Source of the DNA: an uncultured Chloroflexia bacterium
GTDB lineage: Bacteria > Chloroflexota > Limnocylindria > QHBO01
Direction: 5' to 3'
Assembly: GCA_963825525.1 (NCBI GenBank)
Contig: CAWGTN010000002.1
Span: forward strand, 1,792,001 to 1,856,000
Length of the DNA: 64,000 nucleotides
Shown here: positions 29,538 through 40,438 of the stretch, in pieces
Layout: every line of letters starts with the position of its first letter
Numbering within the stretch: position 1 is the first letter of the stretch
The notes under the pieces: model-generated
Told to the model about the DNA's origin: nothing
Database searches by the model: none
The model's input: only the letters and a program-made list of their open reading frames with translations
Program-made: the position numbers and the translations under genes

Positions 29538-30580
29538 GCTGATCCTTTCGTGGCGGTGAGGAGGCGTCCGGGGACCCCGGTGGAGTCGCGCATCACGACC
29601 TCGGTCGGGAGCAGCTCGGGCTCGGGACGATCCCCGGCGATCTGCCGGATGGCGAGCTCGAAGCCGCGACGGCCCAGCTCACGCAGGGGGAGGCGGACCG
29701 TGGAGAGGCGCGGCGCCGTGAGGCTCGCGGTCGAGATGTCGTCGAAGCCCGCGACCGACACGTCGCCCGGGACCGAGATCCCGCGCTCGGCGAGATGCGT
29801 CAGGGCGCCGAGCGCGAGCAGGTCGTTGGCGCAGCAGATGGCCGTGAAGTCGGCGCCCTTCGAGAGGAGGGCCTCAACGCCGAGGGCACCACCCTCGCGG
29901 TCGAAGGCGGTCGACACGATGAGCGACTCATCGACCTCGATACCGACCTCGGCCAGGCCGCGCCGATAGCCCTCGAGCCGTTCGCGCGCCACGTAGAGGG
30001 CGGTGGGACCTGCGAGGAAGGCGATCCTGCGATGGCCGAGCTCGGCCAGCGCCGCGACCATGCGAGCGATCCCGGCGGCGTTGTCCACGCCCACCTCGGG
30101 GCTGCCGAACGCGTGCGGGGACAGGTGGACGACCGCCGCGCCGTTGGCGCGAATGCCGTCGAGGTGACGACGGAGCGCCTGGTTGTGGTCCGGGTCATCC
30201 ATGCCACTGCCGGCGAAGATGACCGCCGCGGCACGCATCGAGCGCAGGAGTCGGACGTACGAACCCTCGCGCTCGGGGCTGCGGTCGGAGCTGCACGTGA
30301 TCACGAGGTAGTCACCCGGCGTCGCGGCATCCTCCACGCCGCGGACGACCTCGGAGAAGTACGGGTCCGTGATGTCGTGGACGATCACCCCGACCACGGC
30401 GATCTGCTGCTTGAGCAGGCCGCGGGCGAGGGCGTTCGGCACGTAATCGAGCGCGGTGGCCGCGTCGAGGACGCGCTTGCGGGCACCCGGGCTGACGGGG
30501 TAGTCCGCCGCCCCGATGACGCGCGAGGCAGTGGCAATCGACACCCCTGCCAGTCGCGCCACCTCGGTGATCGATGTCAT
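29534..30580 (-). CDS. LacI family transcriptional regulator
   Basis: SITEVARLAGVSIATASRV, Y.PN.LAR.L, GHRRIAF, NDLLA.G, VPGDVSVAGFDD. Confidence 0.95.
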   Translation of the reverse strand: MTSITEVARLAGVSIATASRVIGAADYPVSPGARKRVLDAATALDYVPNALARGLLKQQIAVVGVIVHDITDPYFSEVVRGVEDAATPGDYLVITCSSDRSPEREGSYVRLLRSMRAAAVIFAGSGMDDPDHNQALRRHLDGIRANGAAVVHLSPHAFGSPEVGVDNAAGIARMVAALAELGHRRIAFLAGPTALYVARERLEGYRRGLAEVGIEVDESLIVSTAFDREGGALGVEALLSKGADFTAICCANDLLALGALTHLAERGISVPGDVSVAGFDDISTASLTAPRLSTVRLPLRELGRRGFELAIRQIAGDRPEPELLPTEVVMRDSTGVPGRLLTATKGSA

Positions 30581-30589
30581 CCGATCGAC

Positions 30590-32077
30590 TCAGTACGGGT
30601 GCGGGAACGACTTGGGCTCGTCGCGGACGGTGACCCACTGCCACTCGGTGAAGGCCTCGAGGTTGGCCTCGCCCCCGAATCGACCGCCGTTGCCCGACAT
30701 GCCCATCCCGCCGAACGGGATGACGGCCTCGTCGTTGATCGTCTGGTCGTTGACGTGGACCATGCCGGCCCGGATCCGGTTGGCAATCGACAGGCCGCGC
30801 GAGATCGAACGGGAGTACACGGCGCCGGCAAGCCCGTAGTCGCTCGCGTTGGCGAGCGCGATCGCCTCGGCGTCCGACTCGAACGTCACGACCGGCGCCA
30901 CCGGCCCGAAGATCTCATCGGTCCAGGCAGGGTGATCGGTCGTGACATCCGCCAGTACCGTGGGCCGGTAGAAGAGCCCCTCGTGCGTCCCGCCCTCGGC
31001 GACCCGCGCGCCCCCGGCCACCGATCGCTGGACGATCCCGTCCACGCGCGCCAGCTGCTGCTCGTTGACGATCGGGCCCAGGTCGACGTCCTCGCGGTAC
31101 GGATCGCCGGTCCGCAGGCGGCGAGCCTTCTCCGCCAGCAGGCGCACGTACTCCTCGGCCACCGACCGATGCACGATGTGCCGTCCGACCGCGAAGCAGA
31201 CCTGTCCCTGGAACTGGAACGAGGAATAGGCACCGGCGGATGCCGCCGCCTCGAGGTCGGCGTCGTCGCAGACCACGAATGCGTTGTTTCCGCCGAGCTC
31301 CAGCGAGACCTTCTTCAGCAGGCCGCCGGCGAGCGCGCCAACGTGGCGCCCGACCTCGGTCGAACCGGTGAACGACACGACGCGGATGTTCTTGTCGGTG
31401 ACGAGCGCCTCGCCCGCCTCGGCATCGCCGATGACGATCTGCAGGAGACCGTCGGGCAGTCCCGCGGCCGCGAAAACGGCGGCGAAGACCGCGCCACCGC
31501 AGACCGGGGTCTGGGGATCCGGCTTGAGCACCACCGCGTTCCCGAGCGCCAGCGCCGGCGCCACGACCCGCATCCCGAGGACGCTCGGCGAGTTCCATGG
31601 CGTGATCGCGCCGATGACGCCCACCGGCACGCGCCGGGACATCGACAGCCGGCCGGGCTGCGCGGACGGGAGCAGCGAGCCGTAGGGCTGGGACGGCAGC
31701 GTCGCCGCGTTCAGGATCTCCTGCGCGGTGAAGTTCTGCTCGTGGTGCATCTTGTTGCGATGCGCCCCGGTCTCGCGCTGGGTCCAGGCGCCGAACTCGT
31801 CCCGGTGTGCCTCGTAGATGTCGGCCGCCCGGCGCATGATGGCCGCCCGCTCCTGGTAGTTCGTCTCGGCCCAGGCCAGCTGGGCCTCCGCCGCGGTCGT
31901 CGCCGCACTTCGCACGTCCTCGACCGTCGAGCGCTTGAGCGTCAGCAGGGGGCGGCCGGTTGCCGGCTCTCGCACCTCGTAGGACTCGCCCGAGCCCGGC
32001 TGCCAGCCGGCCAGGAAGTCGTCGAGCCAGCCGGGCTGGCCCTCGTCCGTCGTCGTTTCAGGCGCTGTCGCCACCAT
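30590..32077 (-). CDS. NAD(P)-dependent aldehyde dehydrogenase (benzaldehyde-dehydrogenase-like)
   Basis: ITPWN, LKP, FTGST, LELGG, GQVC, EIFGP, PFGG; GGAGG RBS. Confidence 0.92.
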   Translation of the reverse strand: MVATAPETTTDEGQPGWLDDFLAGWQPGSGESYEVREPATGRPLLTLKRSTVEDVRSAATTAAEAQLAWAETNYQERAAIMRRAADIYEAHRDEFGAWTQRETGAHRNKMHHEQNFTAQEILNAATLPSQPYGSLLPSAQPGRLSMSRRVPVGVIGAITPWNSPSVLGMRVVAPALALGNAVVLKPDPQTPVCGGAVFAAVFAAAGLPDGLLQIVIGDAEAGEALVTDKNIRVVSFTGSTEVGRHVGALAGGLLKKVSLELGGNNAFVVCDDADLEAAASAGAYSSFQFQGQVCFAVGRHIVHRSVAEEYVRLLAEKARRLRTGDPYREDVDLGPIVNEQQLARVDGIVQRSVAGGARVAEGGTHEGLFYRPTVLADVTTDHPAWTDEIFGPVAPVVTFESDAEAIALANASDYGLAGAVYSRSISRGLSIANRIRAGMVHVNDQTINDEAVIPFGGMGMSGNGGRFGGEANLEAFTEWQWVTVRDEPKSFPHPY

Positions 32078-32609
32078 GATCTCCTCCTTCCGGCTGACGC
32101 TCGGTCGGCCAGTAGCGTTCTGCATAGGTCTGGGGCGCACTGCCCTGGATGACCGCGCGGGACCCGGTCGCAGGGTCGCGCCACACCGGGCCCCGGGCCA
32201 CGACGGCGTCGATCAGCCCCTCCTCGAGGTACGGCGGGACGGTCCCGGTGGGCAGGTCGATGGCGAGCTGTCCGGGGTAGCCGATGAGCTCACGCACCCG
32301 CCGGTCGGTGTAGTAGGCACCGACGATCGCCAGCTGGAGCGCCGCAAGGCTGTCGGGCTCGTCTCGCCCGAGAGTCTCGAGACGCCGATCGGGGTCGTCG
32401 CCGAGCTCCGACCGGAGCGCGGAGGTGAGTGGCTCGGCGAGATCGGGCCGCGCGCGCAGCACGAATCCGATGCGCTCCGCGTCAACGACCACCCGCGCCG
32501 ATGGCATGCCGTGAGCGTCCGGGATGAGCTTGTCCGCCACGTCGCCGAGGACGGCCATTGCTCCCTCGCCGAGGGTGCCGAGGGGATTGTCCGCGTCGCG
32601 GCCGCTCAC
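32058..32609 (-). CDS. Gluconate 2-dehydrogenase subunit-3-like partner of the GMC oxidoreductase
   Basis: D.LIP...MPSA ... GAYY....V...IGYPG motif; translationally coupled to the GMC gene. Confidence 0.7.
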   Translation of the reverse strand: MSGRDADNPLGTLGEGAMAVLGDVADKLIPDAHGMPSARVVVDAERIGFVLRARPDLAEPLTSALRSELGDDPDRRLETLGRDEPDSLAALQLAIVGAYYTDRRVRELIGYPGQLAIDLPTGTVPPYLEEGLIDAVVARGPVWRDPATGSRAVIQGSAPQTYAERYWPTERQPEGGDHGGDSA

Positions 32610-34216
32610 GCCGGCACCTGCTGCTCGAAGCGCGTCTCGATCATGTGCTCGGCCGCGCGCAGCGCCAGCGCCACGATCGTCGAGGTCGGATTCACGCCGC
32701 TCGACGTCACGAAGCAGCTTCCGTCCACCACGTACAGGTTCGGGACGTCGTGCGTGCGGTTCCAGCGGTCGAGGACCGACGTCTCGCGGTCATCGCCCAT
32801 GCGCGCCGTGCCGAGCAGGTGCCAGCCGGAGTAGCGCATCAGGCGATCGACCTCGATGGTGTGGGCACCGGCCTCGAGGAGCGACTCGGTCGCGCGCTCG
32901 ATGTGGAAGTCGAGCATCTTCCTGGCGTTGTCGCCCATGGCGTACTGGATGGCCGGCGCCGGGATGCCGCTCGTGTCGCTGATGGTGGATGACAGGGTCA
33001 CGCGGTTCGCCTCGTCGGGCAGGTCTTCGGCGAAGAGCCCCCAGTTCGCACCATGGCCGAGATGTGAGCGGACGTGAAGGTGGTGATCCGGACCCCAGAC
33101 CTGGGTGCCGGCCCGGCTCGGCAGGGCCGTGTTGATCGGCCCGCCCGTCGGGGCGAGGCCCCAGCGCGCTCCGCGAACGAATCCACGACGCTCGTCGGTC
33201 TCGTAGAACTCGAGCGACTCGATGAGGTCGCCGAACTGTCCCTGCCAGCTCATGAGAGGCTCGTCGAACAGGCCGGCGACGTTGGCGAACGGATGCATCA
33301 TCAGCCGCTTTCCGACGAGCCCCGACGAGTTCGCCAGTCCATCGGGATGGCGGTCATCGGCTGACAGGAGGAGCAGGCGCGCCGTCCCGATCGCGTTCGC
33401 TGCCAGGACCACGACCTTGGCGGGCTCGAAATGCTCCGCCCCGTCACGGTCGACCCACGTCGCGCCGGTGGCCAGGCCACGGGCGTTCGTCTCGATGCGT
33501 CGCACCCGTGCCCCGGTCACCAGGCGCGCCCCCTTGGCGATCGCCTTCGGCCAGTGGGTCAGGTCGGTCGATGCTTTGGCGCCCTCGTTGCAGCCCGACT
33601 GGCAGGTGCTGCGCTGGACGCACGGCCGCCGCCCGTCGTACGGCGCGGACAGGATCGAGTTGAACTCGGGCCACCAGTGCCAGCCCAGGCGGGTGTGGGC
33701 GCGGGCCACCCTGAGCCCGGCCGCGCCGATCGGCAGCGGAGGCAGCGGCGGGTCCTCGGCGTCGGGTGGATAGGCGGGATCACCGGCCAGGCCCGATACC
33801 CCGAAGTCGCGATCGGTCTGGCGGAAGTAGGGGAGGAGCTCGTCGTAGGTCAGCGGCCAGTCATCGGCAATGCCGTCGAGGGAGCGCACGCGAAAGTCGG
33901 AGGGCAGCATCCGCGGCCAGGCTCCGGCGAAGATGAGCATCGAGCCGCCGACCGCGCTGTACATGAGCGGCGAGACCGGGCTGTTCTCCTCGATCGGGTA
34001 GTCCTCGGGCAGGCCTCGAATGTTCGGGCTGGTGGCCCACTGCTTCCTGGCGGCCAGCTCCCAGTCCAGGTGCGCGCCCGGGTACTCGGCTCGGTCGTGC
34101 CAGTCGCCCTGCTCGAGGCAGACGACTCCGTAGCCCGCCTCCGCCAGCCGCCTGGCCACCACGCCGCCGGAAGCACCGGCGCCCACGATGAGAACGTCTG
34201 CTGGTTCGACGGCCAA
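32606..34216 (-). CDS. GMC family flavin oxidoreductase
   Basis: GAGASG, VGGS, C....C..GC...AK, NSSGLVGK.LM.H, HLLGTARMG, NLYVVDGS, NPT; AAAGGAG RBS, TTG start. Confidence 0.92.
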   Translation of the reverse strand: MAVEPADVLIVGAGASGGVVARRLAEAGYGVVCLEQGDWHDRAEYPGAHLDWELAARKQWATSPNIRGLPEDYPIEENSPVSPLMYSAVGGSMLIFAGAWPRMLPSDFRVRSLDGIADDWPLTYDELLPYFRQTDRDFGVSGLAGDPAYPPDAEDPPLPPLPIGAAGLRVARAHTRLGWHWWPEFNSILSAPYDGRRPCVQRSTCQSGCNEGAKASTDLTHWPKAIAKGARLVTGARVRRIETNARGLATGATWVDRDGAEHFEPAKVVVLAANAIGTARLLLLSADDRHPDGLANSSGLVGKRLMMHPFANVAGLFDEPLMSWQGQFGDLIESLEFYETDERRGFVRGARWGLAPTGGPINTALPSRAGTQVWGPDHHLHVRSHLGHGANWGLFAEDLPDEANRVTLSSTISDTSGIPAPAIQYAMGDNARKMLDFHIERATESLLEAGAHTIEVDRLMRYSGWHLLGTARMGDDRETSVLDRWNRTHDVPNLYVVDGSCFVTSSGVNPTSTIVALALRAAEHMIETRFEQQVPA

Positions 34217-34282
34217 GGCTCACTCCTTTCGCGGGGGTCGGGTGACGCGGCGGTGGCCGCGCGCGCCGGTGGTGAGCCTACA

Positions 34283-34294
34283 GTAAACGTTTCC
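34283..34294. promoter_or_regulatory. Candidate LacI operator (GTAAACGTTTCC)
   Basis: AAACGTTT palindrome with central CG upstream of the operon that encodes a LacI regulator. Confidence 0.6.
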
Positions 34295-34313
34295 TATGCT
34301 GCTGAAAACCCCG

Positions 34314-35471
34314 TCAATCCGCCGACGCGACCGCCACGCGCGGCAGGCGCGGCCCGAGGGTCGAGAGCACCTCGTTCGGGATGGTTCGGCGATGGCGCGC
34401 GATCTCATCCACGCCGATCCGCTCCGTGCCCTGCGCTCCCAGGAGCACGATCTCGTCTCCGGGCCCGAAGCCCGGGACGTCGGTCACATCTGCGCAGACG
34501 GAGTCCATGGAGACCCGCCCGACGAGCGGCACGCGTTGTCCACCGGCCAGCGCCGTGGATCCCGGCCATGACGCACGCGGCCATCCGTCCGCGTAGCCGA
34601 TGGCGACCGTCGCGACGCGCGATTCCCGTGCGGCCGTCCATTCGCCTCCGTATCCGAGCGAGGCGCCGCTCGGCAGGGTCTCGAGTCGCACGGGCCGAGC
34701 CTTGATCGTGAGCGCCGGCCGCAGCCGCGCGGCCGCCTCGGCACGCTCCGGGTGCACCTGGAAGCCGAGCCCGAGCTCGCCATAGAACGCAAGCCCGATG
34801 CGGACCAGGTCGTAGGCGGGTGCCGTGGCCGCCAGGAGACCCTCGCTGGCAAGCAGATGGCGGGTCGGCATCGCCCGCCCCTCGTCGGAGAGATCGGCGA
34901 GCATCGCGTCGAAACGGGCCGCCTGCTCCCCGGATACGGTGGGGTCGCGGCCGTCGGCGAGGTGCGACCAGATGCCGCTCAGCTCGACCCGATCGGCCAT
35001 GCGGATGGCCCGAACCGCCTGCCGTGCGGCGTCCGGGGCCACGCCGCCGCGGCCCATCCCGGTATCGACCTCCAGGTGCAGCCGCAGCGGTCCGCCCTTC
35101 GTGCGCGCCGCGCCCCAGGCGTCGAGCGTCCGTTCCACGGACGAGAGGCCGGACACGCAGACCGCGATGTCGGCCGCCGCCGCATCGGCCACGGCGTCAG
35201 GGGGGATCGGGTACACGACGAGAATCGGCGCGCGAATGCCGGTGGCTCGCAGGTCGAGCGCCTCCTGCAGCCCGGCGACGATGAGTTGATCGGCCCCGCC
35301 TGCCAGCGCAGCGCGTGCGCCGATCTCCAGGCCGTGACCGTAGGCATTCGCCTTGACGAGCACGCCGAGCGCGGCTGATGCGGGCGTGATGGCTCGCAGC
35401 GCGCGGGCGTTCTCCGAGAGCGCCGAGGTATCCACCTCGATCCAGGTTGGGTGCATGCGGGGATCGGCCAC
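34314..35471 (-). CDS. alr: Alanine racemase
   Basis: VKANAYGHG, VDTGMGR.G, SH, R.G...YG, GYG, IGYADG, GRVSMD. Confidence 0.92.
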   Translation of the reverse strand: MADPRMHPTWIEVDTSALSENARALRAITPASAALGVLVKANAYGHGLEIGARAALAGGADQLIVAGLQEALDLRATGIRAPILVVYPIPPDAVADAAAADIAVCVSGLSSVERTLDAWGAARTKGGPLRLHLEVDTGMGRGGVAPDAARQAVRAIRMADRVELSGIWSHLADGRDPTVSGEQAARFDAMLADLSDEGRAMPTRHLLASEGLLAATAPAYDLVRIGLAFYGELGLGFQVHPERAEAAARLRPALTIKARPVRLETLPSGASLGYGGEWTAARESRVATVAIGYADGWPRASWPGSTALAGGQRVPLVGRVSMDSVCADVTDVPGFGPGDEIVLLGAQGTERIGVDEIARHRRTIPNEVLSTLGPRLPRVAVASAD

Positions 35472-35602
35472 GCGGCATTCTAGTCAGGCGGACGGTTCCG
35501 TCTTGACCGATTCGCCGACGATCTTCGATAATCGATCATCCCAGGCCGAGCGACCGGCCTCCGTCTCTGCGACGACGACTCCCGTACTCCGGAGGGTTCC
35601 CG

Positions 35603-36415
35603 ATGACGACCACCCCGCCCACGGCAGCGGCCGACGAGCTGAGCCGGTTCCGGCTGGACGGCCGGGTGGCGGTGGTGTCCGGTGGAGCCGGTGGCATCGG
35701 CAGCCGCCTGAGCCTGGCACTCGCCGGAGCCGGCGCCCGGGTCGCCGTGCTCGGACGCTCGGCGGCGGAGGCAACCGATCTCGCCTCGGCCATCGAGGGG
35801 GTCGGATCGGAAGCTCATCTCGTCTCGGTGGACGTGACCCGCCGCGCCGACGTCAATCGGGCGATGGACGAGATCGTGGAGCGGTTCGGGCGGGTCGACA
35901 TCATCGTCAACGCGGTCGGCGGAGGAGCCGGGACAGCCCTCTATCCCGCGGAGGAGTATCCCGAGGACGAGTTCGACCGGATCATGGACCTCAACTTCCG
36001 CAGCGACCTCCTGCCGACGCAGGCCGCGGCCCGGGCCATGATCGCGGGCGGACGCGGCGGACGGGTGCTGCATATCTCGTCGGTGCGCGGGCAGCTCGGC
36101 ATCAACCAGGGCTTCTCCGCATACGTGGCGGCCAAGGGCGCGATCAACTCGCTGACGCGACAGCAGGCGACCGAGTGGGCGAAGCACGGAATCACGGTCA
36201 ACAGCATCGCCCCCACCTTCGTGGCGACGCCCCAGGTCGAGAGCCTGCTCGCCGACGAGGACTTCAAGCGCGGCCTGCTCGCCCGCATCCCGCTCGGTCG
36301 GGTGGCCGACACCGATGACCTCGTCGGCGCCGTGCTCTTCTTCTGCTCGGACGCATCGGCCTTCGTCACCGGTCAGATCCTGACCCTGGACGGTGGGCTG
36401 ACAGCGACCCAGTAG
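35603..36415 (+). CDS. SDR oxidoreductase (gluconate 5-dehydrogenase-like)
   Basis: GGAGGIG, YVAAK, IAPTF, RIPLGR, DGG; GGAGG RBS. Confidence 0.9.
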   Translation: MTTTPPTAAADELSRFRLDGRVAVVSGGAGGIGSRLSLALAGAGARVAVLGRSAAEATDLASAIEGVGSEAHLVSVDVTRRADVNRAMDEIVERFGRVDIIVNAVGGGAGTALYPAEEYPEDEFDRIMDLNFRSDLLPTQAAARAMIAGGRGGRVLHISSVRGQLGINQGFSAYVAAKGAINSLTRQQATEWAKHGITVNSIAPTFVATPQVESLLADEDFKRGLLARIPLGRVADTDDLVGAVLFFCSDASAFVTGQILTLDGGLTATQ

Positions 36416-36417
36416 CC

Positions 36418-37292
36418 ATGCAGCAGGTCACCCCGAACGTCCGCACGGCCACCGATATCCGCGGCTGCAACCCGAGCTACGTGACGACCGCCGACGGGGT
36501 GGTGGTGATCGACACGCCGCAGCTGCCGACGCGGGCCGTGGCCATGCGCGAGGAGGCGGAGGCGTTCGGGCCGATCCGATACGTGGTGAACACCGAGCAC
36601 CACGTCGACCACATCTTCGGCAACTACTACTTCAAGGGCGCCGGCCGGATCGTCCATCACCAGGGCGTGGCGGACAACTTCATGGTCGTCGGGCCGATCC
36701 TCGACCCATTCGCGTACGCCGCCGAGGCGATTCCCACCAACGACCCCGAGGGCGCCGGCATCTTCCCGGAGCGCGACGTCTACGAGGCCGATCCGAACCG
36801 AGGCCAGATCGTGTTCAGCGGGCGACCTTACGCTGGACGTCGGCGAGCACACGTTTCGAGCTCATCCACACGCCCGGGCACACGCCGGGCCAGGTGGCCG
36901 TCCACGTTCCCGCCGAGCGCGTGGTGTTCACCGGTGACACCGTGTTCAGCGAAGTCCAGACCTGGCTCATGGCCTCCGACATCGAGGAGTGGGTGATCGC
37001 CCTGGACCGCATCGCCGCCCTCGACGTGGACCACGTCGTGCCCGGCCACGGCCCGGTGACGACCACGGCCTACCTGGCGACCCAGAAGGCGGTCCTGCTC
37101 GAGTGGCGAGCTGCGGTGGCCGATGCGGTGGCCAGGGGCTGGTCACGCGAGGAGACGATCGCCCGGGTGAACTTTGCGGACCGCTTCCCGGTCGACATCG
37201 GGCAGGAGTACATGATGGAGTACATCCAGAAGCACAACGCCGGCGCGCTGTGGGACCGGCTCAGTGCCCCATTCCGTCGAGGCCCGAGCTGA
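36418..37292 (+). CDS. MBL-fold metallo-hydrolase (two apparent +1 frameshifts, about 36822 and 36855)
   Basis: IDTP, NTEHHVDHIFGN; the corrected frame reads SGDLTLDVGEHTFELIHTPGH, then FTGD and VPGHG. Confidence 0.85.
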
Positions 37293-38179
37293 GCGACTAT
37301 CACCTCCACCTCCATCCACACACGCCGGTCCCCGGTGCCCCGCCGATGGGCGTCTATCCGCCGGGATACATCGACCGCTACGTCGAGGCGGCGCTGGCCC
37401 GCGGGGTGCGCGAAATCGGCTTCACCGAGCACCTGTACCGATGCGTGGAGTCGGAGCCGGCCCTCGGCCGGTGGTGGGAGCGCGACGCTGATCCGCGACT
37501 CGGAGCCGAGTTCGGTGAATGGATTGCCGGGCAGCGCACGCTCTCGCTCGAGCGTTACGTGGAGGTCGTCCTCGACGCCAAGGCGCGCGGCCTGCCCGTC
37601 AAGCTCGGACTCGAGGTGGACTTCGTCCCCGGAACCGAGCGGGCCGTGCTCGACCTGCTGTCCGGGATCCCGTTCGACTACCTGGTGGGGTCGATTCACT
37701 GGATCGGCGCCTGGAACTTCATGCGTGACTCGGCGGTGGCGGAGTTCGCTCAGCGCGGAGCCGACCGGGTATTCGCCGAGTACTTCGCCCTCGAGGCGAG
37801 CCTTGCTGCATCGGGAATGGTCGATGCGCTCGCCCACGTGGACGTCATCACCCGGCACCGCATCCGCCCGGATGGCAGCCTGGCCGATCTCTACCGGCCC
37901 GTTGTCGCGGCGGCGGTTGCCAGCGGCACGGCGGTGGAGGTGTCGAGCGCCGGGCTGCGTCACGAGGTCGGCGTGGTCTATCCCGCGCCCGAGTTCCTCT
38001 CGCTCTTCCATGAAGCGGGTGTCGGCATCACGCTCGCAAGTGACGCGCATCTCCCCGAAGACGCCGGATGGGGCCACGACGAGGTCCTTGTCGCCGCGCG
38101 CCGGGCGGGCTACCGCGAGTACCTCCGCTTCTCGGCGCGCCAGCGTCTGCCCACGCCGTTGGCGGGCGAGGACTCCTAG
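37289..38179 (+). CDS. PHP-domain histidinol-phosphatase (HisJ) family protein; start codon appears to be CTG
   Basis: DYHLH, GFTEH, GLEVD, GSIH, AH.D, E.SSAG, SDAH.P. Confidence 0.85.
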   Translation: MSDYHLHLHPHTPVPGAPPMGVYPPGYIDRYVEAALARGVREIGFTEHLYRCVESEPALGRWWERDADPRLGAEFGEWIAGQRTLSLERYVEVVLDAKARGLPVKLGLEVDFVPGTERAVLDLLSGIPFDYLVGSIHWIGAWNFMRDSAVAEFAQRGADRVFAEYFALEASLAASGMVDALAHVDVITRHRIRPDGSLADLYRPVVAAAVASGTAVEVSSAGLRHEVGVVYPAPEFLSLFHEAGVGITLASDAHLPEDAGWGHDEVLVAARRAGYREYLRFSARQRLPTPLAGEDS

Positions 38180-40438
38180 CCCTCGGCGCTTCGGTCACGG
38201 ATGGCTCGCCAGATCCGTTCGGGCGTGATCGGCAGATCTCGGAGGACGACGCCGGTGGCATCGGTCACGGCCGACGCGATGGCCGGAGCGGTCGACAGCA
38301 GCCCACTCTCACCGGTGCCCTTCGACCCGTACGGGCCGGGTCCGTCCTCGTTCTCGATGAACAGCGAGGTCATCTCGAGGGGCACGTCCTTGGTGGTCGG
38401 GATGCGGTAGTCGAGCGCGCCGAGATTCGCGACCCGACCGACCTCGTCGAACACGAGGTGCTCCATGAGGGTCTGGCCGATGCCCATGATCGCGGCGCCC
38501 TCGTCCTGCATCGCCACGTGGCCCGGATTCAGTGCCTTGCCGACGTCCGACACGGTCACGTGACGCAGGAGCTCCACCTCGCCGGTCTCGGAGTCCACCG
38601 CCACCTCGGAGGCGGTGCAGCTGAACTCGTAGAAGGCCGCGTGCCCGCCGAGCGGATGCCCCGCAACGTGGGCGCCGCGTCGCTCGCCGGTGCCGATGAC
38701 CTCGCCAAGCATCGGCCCGAAAGCCCGCGTCATGATCTCGACGAAGCCGACCTCCCGGTCGCCGATGCGCAGAACGCCATTGCCGGGCTCAACCTCCTCC
38801 GGCGGCACCTGCTCCAGCTCGGCCGCCATCTCGCGCACCTTTGCCTTGACGTCCCGGCAGGCGTTCAACACGGCCGTGCCCATGAATACCGTCGAGCGGC
38901 TGGCCGAGGTCTGCATGTCGTACGGCGCGGCCGACGTGTCACCCATGACGATGTCAACCCGCTCGAGGCCGACGCCGAGCTCCTGCGCGGCGATCTGCGC
39001 CAGCACCGTCCGCGCGCCCTGGCCCATGTCGGAGGTCCCCGCCAGCACCGTGACGCTTCCGTCATGCAGCAACCGAACGATTGCATACGAGGCCCCGGTG
39101 GTCGCGGACGACTTGATTCCCAGCGCGATGCCCCGGCCCCGTCCCTTCGGGGTCGGCGTTCCCCAGCCGATGGCGTCGGCGGCGGCTCGCACGGCCTGCT
39201 CCCACTCGCCATCGGCCGGCGTGTCGCCCGCGCCGCGCACGATCGCCTCGCCACGTCGCGCCAGGTTGCGGAGCCGGATCTCCAATCGGTCCATGCCCAG
39301 CAGACGCGCACCCTCGTCCATCTGCGATTCGAAGGCCCACGCCATCTGCGGGCTTCCGAAGCCGCGCAGTGCGGTGGCCGGTGGCGTGTTCGAGAGGAGT
39401 GCGCGCACGTGGATCCGCGCGTGCGGGACGCGGTACGGCCCACAGGCCAGGTAGCTGCTCTTCGAGACCACGCGGTGGCCGATGTCCGCGTACGCCCCGA
39501 GCAGTCCGTCGCTGACGATGTCCTGGAAGGCGATGGTCCCGTCGCGCTCGAAGCCCGTGCGGATCGGCGATCTCGAAGGTGGGTGATCTGACCGCCTGGA
39601 ACGTCTCCTCCAGGGTGAGGATGAGGCGGACCGGGCGCCCGGTCCGCAGCGCCAGCAGCGCCAGCAACGGCTCGAACTTGGCGTGCTGCTTGCCGCCGAA
39701 TCCACCGCCCGGGTCGGGGGCGAAGACGCGGACGCGCGAGAGCGGCATGCCCAGCGTCTCCGCGACAAGGCGCTGGAGCACGTAGGGATGCTGGATGGAG
39801 CTCCAGATGGCCACGCCGTCGCCGTCGGGCGCGGCCATGAACCCATGGGGCTCGATCGCGAAGTGGGTGGTTGAGGCGGCGGTGTATCGGCGTTCGACCA
39901 CGTGCTCGGCGGTCGCGCCCTCCACGTCGCCCCAGCCGAATCGCCACTCGGTGAGGATGTTCGTGGCGCGGAACTCGTCGTCCGCTGCTCGCAGCTGCGG
40001 GTTTCGGACGAGCGGGGACGCGGGGTCGAGCGCCTGCGCGACGGTCAGCACCGCGGGGAGGGCCTGATGCTCGACGCGCACCAGGCGCGCCGCCTCGTCG
40101 GCGGCATCCCGCGTTTCGGCCACGACCGCCGCCACCGGCTCGCCGTGGTACGTCGTCTCGTCAACGGCAAGCAGCGGCCGGTCGGCGTAACCGGGTCCGA
40201 AGCGCGGAACAGGTTGCGGCAGCTGCTGTGCGGTGACCACGGCGATGACGCCCGGGACGCGTTCAGCGGCGGCCGTGTCGATCCGGTCAATCCTGGCTCG
40301 GGCGACGTCGAGATGCACCAGCCGCACGTGCTGGACTCCCTCGAGCGCGATATCGGCAACGTAGCGCTGCGCACCGTTGACGCGTTCGGTCCCGCCGATC
40401 CGTCGCTCCGACCTGCCGATCGGATCTGGACGCGTCAC
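38176..40438 (-). CDS. Xanthine dehydrogenase family molybdopterin-binding subunit (apparent +1 frameshift at about 39565)
   Basis: GGGFGGK, LRGFGSPQ, DMGQG, SRST, DYRIP, KGTGE (catalytic Glu); own GGGAGG RBS before GTG at 40438. Confidence 0.9.

Noticed and set aside
29795-32152. Long antisense ORFs (785 aa here; also 53173-55347, 55311-57152, 58312-60222 and others)
   Set aside because: Shadow ORFs expected opposite real genes at about 70% GC; no motifs and Arg/Gly-biased composition.
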